A stretch of DNA of 64,000 nucleotides from Flavobacterium sp. (GCA_036388535.1 DASVRQ010000051.1:784-64783); one strand, 5' to 3'; numbered from the stretch's first letter, positions 7,487 through 17,160 are shown. Notes: generated by a model from the letters alone, not told the origin. Numbers and translations: made by a program.

Positions 7487-10321
7487 TTAATGTGCTTCAA
7501 GCCAGTCTTTTCCGATTCCCATATCGACTTCTAGCGGAACATCCATTAAAAAAGCATTTTCCATTTCATGCTTGATCATCGGTTGAATTTTCTCCAATTC
7601 ATCATTGTGGACATCAAACACAAGCTCATCGTGAACCTGAAGCAACATGCGGCTTTTCCAATTCTCTGATTTAAGCTTTTTGTGGATGTTGATCATTGCA
7701 ATTTTAATAATGTCGGCTGCACTTCCCTGGATTGGAGCGTTCACAGCATTTCGTTCGGCACCGCCACGCACCATGGCATTCTGCGAATTGATATCTTTCA
7801 AGTAACGACGCCTTCCGGATATTGTCTGCACAAATCCGCATTCACGGGCAATCTGAACCTGTTCCTGAATATATGCTTTAAGTTGTGGATACGAATTGTA
7901 ATATGCATCGATAAGTCCGGCGCTTTCACTTCGTGTAAGGTTGGTTTGGTTGCTCAATCCAAACGCTGAAACTCCGTAGATGATTCCGAAGTTGACCGTT
8001 TTTGCATGGCTTCTTTGTTCGCGAGTAACTTCTTCCAGCGGAACATTGAACACTTTTGCGGCAGTCGATCTGTGAATGTCGATTCCCTGACGGAACGATT
8101 CGATCATGTTTTGTTCGCCGCTCAATGCAGCAATGATCCGAAGTTCGATCTGTGAATAATCTGCTGATAAAAGTGTATGATTTTCATCCCGGGCAACAAA
8201 AGCCTTTCTGATTTGGCGGCCTCTTTCGGTTCTGATCGGAATATTCTGCAGGTTTGGATTATTCGAACTCAGCCTTCCTGTCGCCGCAACTGCCTGCATA
8301 TAATCGGTATGAACACGTCCGGTTTTACCGCAGACCTGCTGCGGAAGTGCCATCACGTAAGTATTCTGTAATTTTACAAGCTGTCGCCAATCGAGAATTT
8401 CCTGTACAAACGGACTTGACAATGCAAGATAAGACAGTATTTCTTCGCCTGTTGCATATTGCCCGGTTTTGGTTTTCTTCTGTTTCGCCGCGCCGATTTT
8501 TAGCTTATCGAACAATATATCTCCCAGTTGTTTTGGTGAAGCGATATTGAACTTTTCGCCAGCGGCCGCGTATATTTTTTCTTCGAGCGATTTGATGTCA
8601 TTTTCGAGTTCACCAGCAAGCGTTGTGAGGAAACCGACATCGAGTTTGACGCCTTCAGTTTCCATATCCGCGAGGACATGCAAAAGCGGAATTTCAATAT
8701 CATCAAAAAGTTTTTGTGTTTCTGTCTTCTGAAGAACAGGCGCGAAATGTTGTTTAAGCTGAAGCGTTACATCTGCATCTTCAACCGCAAACTCCTTAAG
8801 TTCATCAACTGGAACCTCGCGAATCGTTCGTAATCCTTTTCCTTTTTTTCCGAAGACAGATTCTGCCGGTTTAACGGAATAATTCAAGTATGTTTCCGAT
8901 AAAATATCCATCCCGTGCCGCATATCAGGATTGATCAGATAATGCGCGATCATCGTGTCGAATAATTTCCCCCTTACAGATATCCCGTAATTGTAAAGAA
9001 CTTTGAGATCGTACTTTAAGTTGTGTCCGACTTTATCAATATTTTCAGCTTCAAAAAAGGGACGGAACTTATCTACAATCGCCTGCGCTTCCTCCTGGTT
9101 CTCAGGGATCGGAACATAAAAACCTTTTCCTTTTTCGTATGCGAATGACAATCCAGCCAGTTCAGCATAAAGCGGATCGATGCTCGTGGTTTCAATGTCA
9201 AAACTTACCGATTCCTGTTTCAGGAGGTTTTGCAGCAAAAGCTTTATTGCAAAATCGCCTTGAACCGACTGGTAAAAATGTTCTGTATTTTCTATCGTGT
9301 TATATTGCCCGGTTGAGATATAGTCGCCGCTGCCAGGCTGAGCATTTTCAGAGAAAAGATCGAATTGTTCGGTTTTGACGATGGTTTGCGTCGGAATCAA
9401 TCCTGACGTTTCGATATTTGAATAGTCTTTATTCTCAGTATAAAACAAGCTGTTGAATTGCTCGGCCATACGGCGGAATTCCAATTCTTTGAACAACGCT
9501 TCAACCTTTTCAGCATCAGGTTTTGTCAGTTCATAGTCACTTTCATTGAACTTGACATTGCAGTCGCAGATGATCGTTGCCAACTTTTTTGATAACAACC
9601 CGAGTTCTTTATTAGCTTCAATCCGTTCCTTCATCTTGCCTTTCAGCATATGTGTATTTTCGAGCAGGTTTTCCATTGAGCCGAACTCTTTCAGCAGTTT
9701 CTTCGCAGTTACTTCGCCAACGCCTGGAAGTCCGGGAATGTTATCAACTGCATCGCCCATCATTCCAAGGAAATCAATAACCTGTTCGGGCCGTTCGATT
9801 TCGAAACGTTCCAAAACTTCAGGAACTCCCCAGATCTCGATTCCGTTACCCATTCGGGCAGGTTTATAAATGAAGATGTTTTCCGAAACAAGCTGTGCAA
9901 AATCTTTATCAGGCGTTACCATGAAAACCTGATAATTTTCCTTTTCAGCTTGTTTTGCAATTGTTCCGATAAGATCATCAGCTTCACATCCAACCGATTC
10001 GATTATCGGAATATGCATCGCCTCAAGCAGTTCATGTATATATGGTATCGCAAGCGTGATCGCTTCGGGAGTCGCATTTCTGTTGGCTTTGTATTCGGCG
10101 AACATTTCAGTACGGACGTGGCTTCCGTCCTTATCGAATGCAACTGCCAAATGATCGGGTTTTTCGCGCTTGATCACATCGAGCAACGAATTCATAAAAC
10201 CCATTATCGCGGAAGTATCCATTCCTTTGGAGTTGATTCTTGGGTTTTTAATGAAAGCATAATATCCGCGGAAAATCAGCGCATAAGCATCAAGAAGAAA
10301 AAGTCTTTTTTGGGCAGGCAT
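7487..10321 (-). CDS. polA: DNA polymerase I
   Basis: 5'-3' exonuclease (LLDAYALIFRGYYA, EADDLIG), 3'-5' exonuclease (FDIETT, GHNLKYD), polymerase motifs A (ADYSQIELR), B (AKTVNFGIIYG) and C (LQVHDELVF). Confidence 0.99.
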   Translation of the reverse strand: MPAQKRLFLLDAYALIFRGYYAFIKNPRINSKGMDTSAIMGFMNSLLDVIKREKPDHLAVAFDKDGSHVRTEMFAEYKANRNATPEAITLAIPYIHELLEAMHIPIIESVGCEADDLIGTIAKQAEKENYQVFMVTPDKDFAQLVSENIFIYKPARMGNGIEIWGVPEVLERFEIERPEQVIDFLGMMGDAVDNIPGLPGVGEVTAKKLLKEFGSMENLLENTHMLKGKMKERIEANKELGLLSKKLATIICDCNVKFNESDYELTKPDAEKVEALFKELEFRRMAEQFNSLFYTENKDYSNIETSGLIPTQTIVKTEQFDLFSENAQPGSGDYISTGQYNTIENTEHFYQSVQGDFAIKLLLQNLLKQESVSFDIETTSIDPLYAELAGLSFAYEKGKGFYVPIPENQEEAQAIVDKFRPFFEAENIDKVGHNLKYDLKVLYNYGISVRGKLFDTMIAHYLINPDMRHGMDILSETYLNYSVKPAESVFGKKGKGLRTIREVPVDELKEFAVEDADVTLQLKQHFAPVLQKTETQKLFDDIEIPLLHVLADMETEGVKLDVGFLTTLAGELENDIKSLEEKIYAAAGEKFNIASPKQLGDILFDKLKIGAAKQKKTKTGQYATGEEILSYLALSSPFVQEILDWRQLVKLQNTYVMALPQQVCGKTGRVHTDYMQAVAATGRLSSNNPNLQNIPIRTERGRQIRKAFVARDENHTLLSADYSQIELRIIAALSGEQNMIESFRQGIDIHRSTAAKVFNVPLEEVTREQRSHAKTVNFGIIYGVSAFGLSNQTNLTRSESAGLIDAYYNSYPQLKAYIQEQVQIARECGFVQTISGRRRYLKDINSQNAMVRGGAERNAVNAPIQGSAADIIKIAMINIHKKLKSENWKSRMLLQVHDELVFDVHNDELEKIQPMIKHEMENAFLMDVPLEVDMGIGKDWLEAH

Positions 10322-10437
10322 ATAAAAATATTAGAATGTAAAAATAATCAAAACAGAATTAATCCCGTGACATTGTTTAGGCGTCTGATTAATGTTAAAT
10401 ATAACTTTAAGACATCAGATTTAAATTGGAAAGAAAT

Positions 10438-10445
10438 TACTTTTG
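10438..10445 (+). promoter_or_regulatory. Bacteroidota housekeeping promoter -7 box
   Basis: TACTTTTG matches TAnnTTTG, 18 nt before the metallophosphoesterase ATG. Confidence 0.6.
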
Positions 10446-10463
10446 ACCATCTAAATTCCGTTT

Positions 10464-11696
10464 ATGTATCGTTGGATTATCTTCGTTATAATTGCAGTAA
10501 TAGTTGAGGTTTATACCTTTCAAGCACTCAAGACCGTAATAAAGACGCGTTGGTTTTTAATTGCTTATCAGATAATTTCACTGGTTCTTATCGGTGTCGT
10601 GATTTATCAAATGATGAACATGGACCGATCACAAGGCCAGACACGCACTATGCAATATACGATCGCCCTGGTTTTGATCATGTTGCTTCCAAAGCTTGTG
10701 ATTACAGTTGTAATGCTTCTCGAGGATATTTTCCGATTAGCTGAAGGAACTTTTCGAAAATTACGTTCTGATAATAGTAATGCCGACTTCCTTCCCAACA
10801 GGCGAAAATTCTTGAGTTCGATTGCTCTCGGACTGGCAGCGGTTCCTTTTCTCTCGCTTATATACGGAATCACAAAAGGGAAATACAATTTTAAGGTCAT
10901 ACGCCAAATGGTACCGTTTGCCGATCTTCCGGACGCGTTCGATGGTTTTACGATTACGCATATTTCGGATATCCATAGCGGAAGCTTTGACAATCCTGAA
11001 AAAATCAAATATGCAATTGACCTTATAAATGAACAGAAATCGGATATCATTCTTTTCACCGGCGACATCGTAAATACGCACGCCAAAGAAATGCACCCGT
11101 GGATCGAGACTTTCCGGCAAATTGAAAAGCCCCAATACGGAAAGTATTCGATCTTGGGTAATCATGATTATGGTGAATATGTTGATTGGAAATCGGCTGC
11201 CGAAAAGAACAGGAATTTCGAAGCCATAAAAGATCTGCACCAGCAAATCGACTTTAAATTGCTGTTGAATCAGAACGTTCAGGTTCAAAAAGGCCAGGAT
11301 AGAATTGCGATTGTTGGAGTTGAAAATTGGGGGCATAATTTTAAACAGGCGGGTGATCTGAAGAAAGCCTCAGTTGGATTGGCAAAAGATGATTTTAAGA
11401 TATTAATGTCGCACGATCCGTCGCATTGGGAAATGGAAGCGAAAAATCATCCGAACAATTACAACCTGACACTTTCAGGACATACCCACGGAATGCAATT
11501 CGGCATTGAAATTCCCGGATTTCTGCGTTGGAGTCCGGCGCAGTATGCATACAAACAATGGGCAGGATTATATGAAAACTTTGGACGCTACATTTACGTA
11601 AATCGTGGTTTCGGATTTCATGCATTTCCGGGAAGAGTAGGTATTTGGCCAGAGATTACCGTCCTCACACTAAAAAAAATCAAAAAAACATCGTAA
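10464..11696 (+). CDS. Membrane-anchored metallophosphoesterase (YkuE/YaeI-like)
   Basis: SDIH, GDIVN, GNHD, SH and GHTHG calcineurin-like motifs after N-terminal TM helices. Confidence 0.92.
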   Translation: MYRWIIFVIIAVIVEVYTFQALKTVIKTRWFLIAYQIISLVLIGVVIYQMMNMDRSQGQTRTMQYTIALVLIMLLPKLVITVVMLLEDIFRLAEGTFRKLRSDNSNADFLPNRRKFLSSIALGLAAVPFLSLIYGITKGKYNFKVIRQMVPFADLPDAFDGFTITHISDIHSGSFDNPEKIKYAIDLINEQKSDIILFTGDIVNTHAKEMHPWIETFRQIEKPQYGKYSILGNHDYGEYVDWKSAAEKNRNFEAIKDLHQQIDFKLLLNQNVQVQKGQDRIAIVGVENWGHNFKQAGDLKKASVGLAKDDFKILMSHDPSHWEMEAKNHPNNYNLTLSGHTHGMQFGIEIPGFLRWSPAQYAYKQWAGLYENFGRYIYVNRGFGFHAFPGRVGIWPEITVLTLKKIKKTS

Positions 11697-11710
11697 CTTG
11701 TTAAAAACGC

Positions 11711-11718
11711 TATATTTG
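11711..11718 (+). promoter_or_regulatory. Bacteroidota -7 box
   Basis: TATATTTG upstream of the thioredoxin-like gene. Confidence 0.6.
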
Positions 11719-11746
11719 TATTACAACGCATAATTTTTTCACGACT

Positions 11747-12043
11747 ATGTCAAAATTTGGAGAACTTATTAACGCACCTGTTCCGGTACTGATCGACTTC
11801 TACACGGAGTGGAATGAACAATCGGTTTCAATGCACCCCGTGATTCGCGATGTTGCGGCAGCTCTTGGCGACAAAGCCAAAGTAATCAAGATCGACGTCG
11901 ATAAGAATCAGGAATTGGCCGATGCACTCCGTATCAAAGGCCTTCCAACGTTGATGATCTATAAATCCGGTCAGATGATCTGGAGGCAGTCAGGCGAACT
12001 TGATGCCAATACTATCATCGGACTGGTTCAGGAGCAGATCTAG
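11747..12043 (+). CDS. Thioredoxin-fold protein lacking the CxxC motif
   Basis: PVLIDFYTEW, KIDVD, LPTL (cis-Pro) match thioredoxin; WCGPC is replaced by WNEQS. Confidence 0.85.
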   Translation: MSKFGELINAPVPVLIDFYTEWNEQSVSMHPVIRDVAAALGDKAKVIKIDVDKNQELADALRIKGLPTLMIYKSGQMIWRQSGELDANTIIGLVQEQI

Positions 12044-12681
12044 ATAGCGGCACACTTATAGCCGTTGTCATTTAAGAACCGCAGTGTTCGCGGTAAAGCA
12101 TATTTCATATTTTCAGAGGCCTTGATGCTGTCGTGGAAAACTACGATGCTGCCTGGCTTAATGTTTTGGATTACATTATCCAGACATTTTTCTTTTGAGA
12201 CTTCCCGGTCAAAATCGAAAGCGATTATATCCCACATTATTATTTTAAATCCTCTTTTGCGTAAGTGTCTGGCTTGTGCCAATGCTATTTTGCCATACGG
12301 CGGACGGAAGAGTTTTTTTGTCAGATTTATTGCAAAGTGCTCTTGTAACTGCTTCTCGCAAAGTTCTACATTATTTAGGTACTCTGACAAGGTAGTTTTC
12401 CAGCCGTTCAGATGATTGAAAGTATGATTGCCTACTGAATGTCCGTCGGCGGCAAGCTGTTTAAATACGGAAGGGTTTTTGCGGATATTGTCGCCGATAC
12501 AAAAGAAGGTCGCCTTTGCGTTGTACTTTTTTAGTTCAGCCAAAACCCATTCCGTAACTTCAGGAATCGGTCCGTCGTCGAAAGTCAGGTACACGGTTTT
12601 TCCGGTGCCTTTTATTTCCCAAACCATCTTCGGGAAAAGCATCTTGATAAACCGTTTTGTCTTGATCCACATGAACTTCAT
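12040..12681 (-). CDS. Polysaccharide deacetylase (CE4 / NodB homology)
   Basis: TFDDGP, GNHTFNH, LFRPPYG, IVVFHD motifs. Confidence 0.95.
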   Translation of the reverse strand: MKFMWIKTKRFIKMLFPKMVWEIKGTGKTVYLTFDDGPIPEVTEWVLAELKKYNAKATFFCIGDNIRKNPSVFKQLAADGHSVGNHTFNHLNGWKTTLSEYLNNVELCEKQLQEHFAINLTKKLFRPPYGKIALAQARHLRKRGFKIIMWDIIAFDFDREVSKEKCLDNVIQNIKPGSIVVFHDSIKASENMKYALPRTLRFLNDNGYKCAAI

Positions 12682-12694
12682 TCTATTCCTTCAT

Positions 12695-12722
12695 AAAAAA
12701 ATGCAGCAATTATGCTGCATTT
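12695..12722 (-). terminator. Intrinsic terminator after the DUF2723 gene
   Basis: AAATGCAGCA-ATTA-TGCTGCATTT with an A-tract on the left. Confidence 0.7.
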
Positions 12723-12737
12723 GATGTTTACCGGATT

Positions 12738-15700
12738 TTATTCGACTTCACGGCCAAATCGCTCGAACATGTTGTTGTAAGTATTGAACTGGCCTCTGTT
12801 TTTGTTGTAGTATTCCATATCACCACGATCTTTCATGACCTGCAACAAGCTTCGGTATCGTTCGATATCGCTTACAATTTCTACTGCTATGTCCAATTGC
12901 TGCGACGGCTTCATGTTTTTGTAGTACCGCAGGTTTTCCTGGTATTTTTTAATTAATGTGTCGAGCAGGTTTCGAGCTTTTACCTTTTCGCCAACTTCGT
13001 AATATCCGGCAGCGAATGGTTCGAGCATCGTGTAATAATTATAATATTCGACAGGCATTTTGGTCATTGCAAGATTGATGATTGTTTTTGCTTTGCCTGT
13101 TTTACCTTCGTTGATCAGTTGTTCCATCAGACGCGCCAGATTAGTTCTGTACGTGATGCTGTTTTTGCGCGTTTCAGGATCATGATAAATATCCGGACTT
13201 TCGCTGTTGCCCCAATCCCATTTCATGACGATGTTGTACATTTTATCTGTATCGATTAATCCCATGTCAAGCGGACTCGGAGCTTTTTCTACCGGGGTTC
13301 TGATCGGAACCAGTTTGTAAACCATTCCGTCAAGCTGAAGATAATCTTTCAGCCATAAATAATCCTCATCTCCAAAGCTGCCACCCGTAAAGTAGATCGG
13401 TCGTTTCCAATTGTTGTTGGCTAAAACGTCCAACATCATCAATCGGTTTTTGTATAGAGCCTGACCTTTTATATCAAAGTCTATGAATGGCACAATTGAA
13501 TCATAGAGTTTCGGCGAAACTACCTTATTCGCAATAATCGCATTTTTGTCAACAGGGATACGGAGCTTATTTGTTGGGAAGAATGGAATTTTCTGCCCGT
13601 TCTGCATCTCCATTGTTGTTCGCGGGTCATTGCTTCCGATGAACTTGATAAAGTCGCGGAGTTCCCATCGTGCTTCTGTTTTAGGATTATGAACGGCATA
13701 GTCCAATTTATCACCAACATATTGATCGTGAGTGAATGAAATGGGCAAACCTTCTGATTCGTAGGCCTTGCTTTTCATCTGGTCGATATACCAATCTGTA
13801 TTGAACAAGCTTGTATTAACGATTCGGATATCGGTTCGGATGTGCTCGATTTCCTGTGCATACCAAAGCGGGAATGTATCATTGTCACCAATTGTATAAA
13901 GTATTGCATTTGGCTCGCACGACTGTAAATAGGCCTTTGCCATTGCAAGTGCCGTGTATTTATCTGATCGATCGTGGTCATCCCAATTTTGCGATGCCAT
14001 CAAAATAGGTGCAGCAAGTAAAGTTGCTCCAATGATGACAGGACCTGCCAAGCGTGGAGCGAGGTATTTCTTTGCAGCATCATAAATGGCATAGACTCCG
14101 ATCCCGATCCAAATTGCAAAAACGTAGAAGGAACCTACAAGGGCATAATCACGTTCACGAGGTTCGAACGGACGCTCGTTGAGGTAAACTTTAAGTGCAA
14201 GGCCTGTAAAAAGGAACAGCACCAACAAAACGTAGAAGCTTTTCAGATCTTTGTTTGCATGGAAAACAAACCCAATCAGACCTATAATAAAAGGTATGAA
14301 ATAGTAAAGATTTCGTCCTTTGTTATTCACTACATCCGCTGGAAGATCGTTTTGCGGCCCAACATGCATTTCGTCAATAAACTTGATTCCGCTGAGCCAG
14401 TTTCCGTCGAAATTGTCATATTTGCCTTGGACATCATTTTGTCTTCCGGTAAAATTCCACATCAAATACCGCCAGTACATATAACCAAATTGGTACTCAA
14501 ACATGAAAGTCAAATTATCCCAGGTCGACGGTTTTTCAATTATCAGGTAATCGCCATATGCTTTGAGAAACTGGATATATCCTTCATTGTCGATTTTTCC
14601 TTCTGCGTAAGCACTTCGGAATTCGCCTACAAGGCTCACCAATTCCTGTTCGTGCGCATATTCGGGATTGATCCGAAACTCGAGAACTTTCGTAAAACTC
14701 ATGTAGTTTTCAGCGTGTTCCGTGCTCCATAGCCTTGGCAGAATTGTTTTGTGGTTGTCGTCGCTGTTTTGTTCCGCGTCTTTATAACGGTTTGTGATTA
14801 TGTATTTCCCGGTTTTAAAGTCACGTTCGTAGTTTGGTGCTTTATCAAGATACGGTTCGTCAGCGTCGAGTCCGGCAAACATATCCGAAAACTGTGGTCC
14901 GTAAAACAACGGATTTACTCCGTATTGTTCCCTGTTATAATAAGCGAGAACCTCTGCGGCATCTGAAGGACGGTTCTCATTGATCACAACATTTGCGTTG
15001 GCACGGATCGGAAGCATCATCCAGGTAGAAAATCCCAGGAAAATGAACAAGATGCAAAGCAGCAACGTGTTGTATTGGGGCATCGCTTTTTCGCGGGTAT
15101 ATTTTAAACCGAAGTAAAAGAATGCGAGCATCAGAAGTGCAGCAATGATAGTCCCGGAATCGAACGGAAGTCCGATGCTGTTTACCATAAAGATCTCTAA
15201 TTTTCCGAAGAAACCCATCGTCAAAGGAAGCAGCAGCTTAAAAATGAACAACAAAATGGACACTACGATGATATTCGCAATTATGAAATTCTTAACTGTT
15301 ATTGTTTTATAATGTTTGAAATAGTAAAGAAACCCGATTGCCGGAATTGTCAGCAACGCCATAAAGTGAACGCCGAAGGAGAGTCCGACCACAAGACTGA
15401 TGATCAACAGCCACTTATTTCCACGTGGTTTGTCCATATCCTGTTCCCAACGCAGTCCGAGCCAGAAGAGAATTGCGATAAACAACGTTGCCATTGCATA
15501 AACTTCCGCTTCGACGGCATTGAACCAAAAACTATCTGAAAACGTAAACGCCATTGCGCCTACAAATGAGCTTCCAAGGATTACTATAGCATTTGATTTA
15601 TCAATTTCGGTAAAATTTGAAATGATTTTTCGGAGAAGCATTGACGACGACCAATACATGAAGAGGATTGTAAATGCACTTGAGAAAACCGACATCATGT

Positions 15701-15941
15701 TGATCATCAGTGCAACTTTTGAGTCATCTGGCGCAAACATGGCAAAAAATGCACCTAACATTTGAAACAATGGGGCTCCGGGCGGATGTCCAACTTCAAG
15801 TTTTGCGGCGGTTGCAATATATTCACCGGCATCCCAAAAACTCAATGTGGGTTCGACTGTAAGTGAGTACGTTACAAGTGCGACTGCAAAAGCAAGCCAG
15901 CCCAAAATAGTATTCCATCTGTTGAAATTGAATGTCACCAT
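12738..15941 (-). CDS. DUF2723-family polytopic membrane protein (GT-C fold, TMEM260-like)
   Basis: WDAGEY, HPPGAP, AVEAEVY, ERDY, GDNDTFPLWY motifs; many TM helices and a large C-terminal domain. Start moved to ATG 15941 (MVTFNFNRWN). Confidence 0.85.
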   Translation of the reverse strand: MVTFNFNRWNTILGWLAFAVALVTYSLTVEPTLSFWDAGEYIATAAKLEVGHPPGAPLFQMLGAFFAMFAPDDSKVALMINMMSVFSSAFTILFMYWSSSMLLRKIISNFTEIDKSNAIVILGSSFVGAMAFTFSDSFWFNAVEAEVYAMATLFIAILFWLGLRWEQDMDKPRGNKWLLIISLVVGLSFGVHFMALLTIPAIGFLYYFKHYKTITVKNFIIANIIVVSILLFIFKLLLPLTMGFFGKLEIFMVNSIGLPFDSGTIIAALLMLAFFYFGLKYTREKAMPQYNTLLLCILFIFLGFSTWMMLPIRANANVVINENRPSDAAEVLAYYNREQYGVNPLFYGPQFSDMFAGLDADEPYLDKAPNYERDFKTGKYIITNRYKDAEQNSDDNHKTILPRLWSTEHAENYMSFTKVLEFRINPEYAHEQELVSLVGEFRSAYAEGKIDNEGYIQFLKAYGDYLIIEKPSTWDNLTFMFEYQFGYMYWRYLMWNFTGRQNDVQGKYDNFDGNWLSGIKFIDEMHVGPQNDLPADVVNNKGRNLYYFIPFIIGLIGFVFHANKDLKSFYVLLVLFLFTGLALKVYLNERPFEPRERDYALVGSFYVFAIWIGIGVYAIYDAAKKYLAPRLAGPVIIGATLLAAPILMASQNWDDHDRSDKYTALAMAKAYLQSCEPNAILYTIGDNDTFPLWYAQEIEHIRTDIRIVNTSLFNTDWYIDQMKSKAYESEGLPISFTHDQYVGDKLDYAVHNPKTEARWELRDFIKFIGSNDPRTTMEMQNGQKIPFFPTNKLRIPVDKNAIIANKVVSPKLYDSIVPFIDFDIKGQALYKNRLMMLDVLANNNWKRPIYFTGGSFGDEDYLWLKDYLQLDGMVYKLVPIRTPVEKAPSPLDMGLIDTDKMYNIVMKWDWGNSESPDIYHDPETRKNSITYRTNLARLMEQLINEGKTGKAKTIINLAMTKMPVEYYNYYTMLEPFAAGYYEVGEKVKARNLLDTLIKKYQENLRYYKNMKPSQQLDIAVEIVSDIERYRSLLQVMKDRGDMEYYNKNRGQFNTYNNMFERFGREVE

Positions 15942-16113
15942 ATATGCCGAAAGATTAATTTTTTTAATGCCATACAAAGAAAATCTTTTTTTATATAGTG
16001 ACGTTGTCATTAACATAAAAAGTTCTGTAGTGAAATACCTTGCTGATGCCTTATTCTGTAACCGATTACGGCTGAGGCCTTACCAAAGATTGCGTAACTT
16101 TTTTCGATAAAAG

Positions 16114-16144
16114 TTTGTGCAAGATAAATATTGTTCTAAATTTG
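16114..16144 (+). promoter_or_regulatory. Bacteroidota -33/-7 promoter of tRNA-Gln
   Basis: TTTG-N19-TAAATTTG, canonical spacing. Confidence 0.8.
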
Positions 16145-16164
16145 CACTCGCGTTAAACAAATGC

Positions 16165-16235
16165 TGGTCTATGGTGTAATGGTAACACAGCTGTTTTTGG
16201 TGCAGCCTTTCTAGGTTCGAGTCCTAGTAGACCAA
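16165..16235 (+). tRNA. tRNA-Gln(TTG), CCA not encoded
   Basis: Acceptor TGGTCTA/TAGACCA, D-stem GTGT/ACAC, anticodon stem GCTGT/GCAGC with loop TT-TTG-GT, T-arm CTAGG-TTCGAGT-CCTAG. Confidence 0.97.
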
Positions 16236-16239
16236 CAAA

Positions 16240-16266
16240 AAAGCCTCCTGTCAGAGGCTTTTTTTA
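16240..16266 (+). terminator. Intrinsic terminator after the tRNA (probably bidirectional)
   Basis: AAAAGCCTC...GAGGCTTTTTTT. Confidence 0.8.
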
Positions 16267-16282
16267 TTAAAAAAAATTAGAA

Positions 16283-16337
16283 CCAAATTCCGCGTTGCGT
16301 CTGCTGCAATGGAATTTGGAATTTTATATTGGAATTT
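16283..16337. repeat. AAATTCC/GGAATTT heptamer array forming a hairpin at the uspA stop
   Basis: CCAAATTCC (16283-16291) is inverted against GGAATTTGG (16311-16319); further GGAATTT units at 16318 and 16331. Confidence 0.65.
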
Positions 16338-17160
16338 AAATCTTGAACGTAATTACCGGCCTAACCGCATGGTTAACAAGATCCTCGCTGATGCTTCCGT
16401 TAAAGAAGTGGGCGAATCCGGTTCGTCCGTGCGTGCACATTCCAATTAGATCAGCCTGAACAAAATTGGCGAAGTTCAGAATCCCTTTTTCTACATTTAC
16501 GTCATTATATATATGCAGCGAATAATTTGCGTAGTTGACGTCACGCATAAAATCAGACATGATATTTTGCGCAACGCTTGTCGATTTAAAGCTGTTTGGG
16601 GTGTTGATCATCACAAGGTGCAAGTGCGAGTTAAACAACGAGGCAATTTCAACCAACTTGCGGAACGGCTTTTTGATCTCTTCTGAAAAGTCTGATGCAA
16701 ACACAAAATTATCTGCTTTAAATGTTGGGATTTCACTTTTAATGACAAGCACCGGAACATCTGAAGAACGCACGACTTTTTCAGTATTTGAACCGATAAA
16801 CATTTCGCGGAAGCCGCTTGCCCCATGCGATCCCATAACGACGAAATCAACATTATTCTTTCTGCTGATTGTCAAAATTCCCTCAAAAGCTTTCTCAAAT
16901 TGAATGACTTCAGAAACTACAATGCCATCCAGAAAGTCAGAATCCATCAAAGCTTCAAGCCTTTGAACAGCGCGATTCTTAAAATACATGATCTCAGGAA
17001 TGTCGCTTCCGGATCCTAATGCATCGCTTCCCTGATGTGGAAGCTCCAACATGTGTAATAAGATGATCTCGCTGTTGTTGGCACGTGCAATTTGCGCTGC
17101 AACCTTTAGTGCGTAATTGGCATGATCGGAAAAGTCGGTGGGAACGAGGATACGTTTCAT
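16336..17160 (-). CDS. Universal stress protein with tandem USP domains
   Basis: MKRILVPTDFS, VMGSHG-x2-G...GSNTEKVV, second domain IGMCTHG...GSISEDLV. Start moved to ATG 17160. Confidence 0.95.
   Translation of the reverse strand: MKRILVPTDFSDHANYALKVAAQIARANNSEIILLHMLELPHQGSDALGSGSDIPEIMYFKNRAVQRLEALMDSDFLDGIVVSEVIQFEKAFEGILTISRKNNVDFVVMGSHGASGFREMFIGSNTEKVVRSSDVPVLVIKSEIPTFKADNFVFASDFSEEIKKPFRKLVEIASLFNSHLHLVMINTPNSFKSTSVAQNIMSDFMRDVNYANYSLHIYNDVNVEKGILNFANFVQADLIGMCTHGRTGFAHFFNGSISEDLVNHAVRPVITFKI

Noticed and set aside
16165-16340. tRNA-Gln as a possible integration site
   Set aside because: No integrase, no duplicated tRNA 3' end elsewhere that I could see, and housekeeping genes on both sides.
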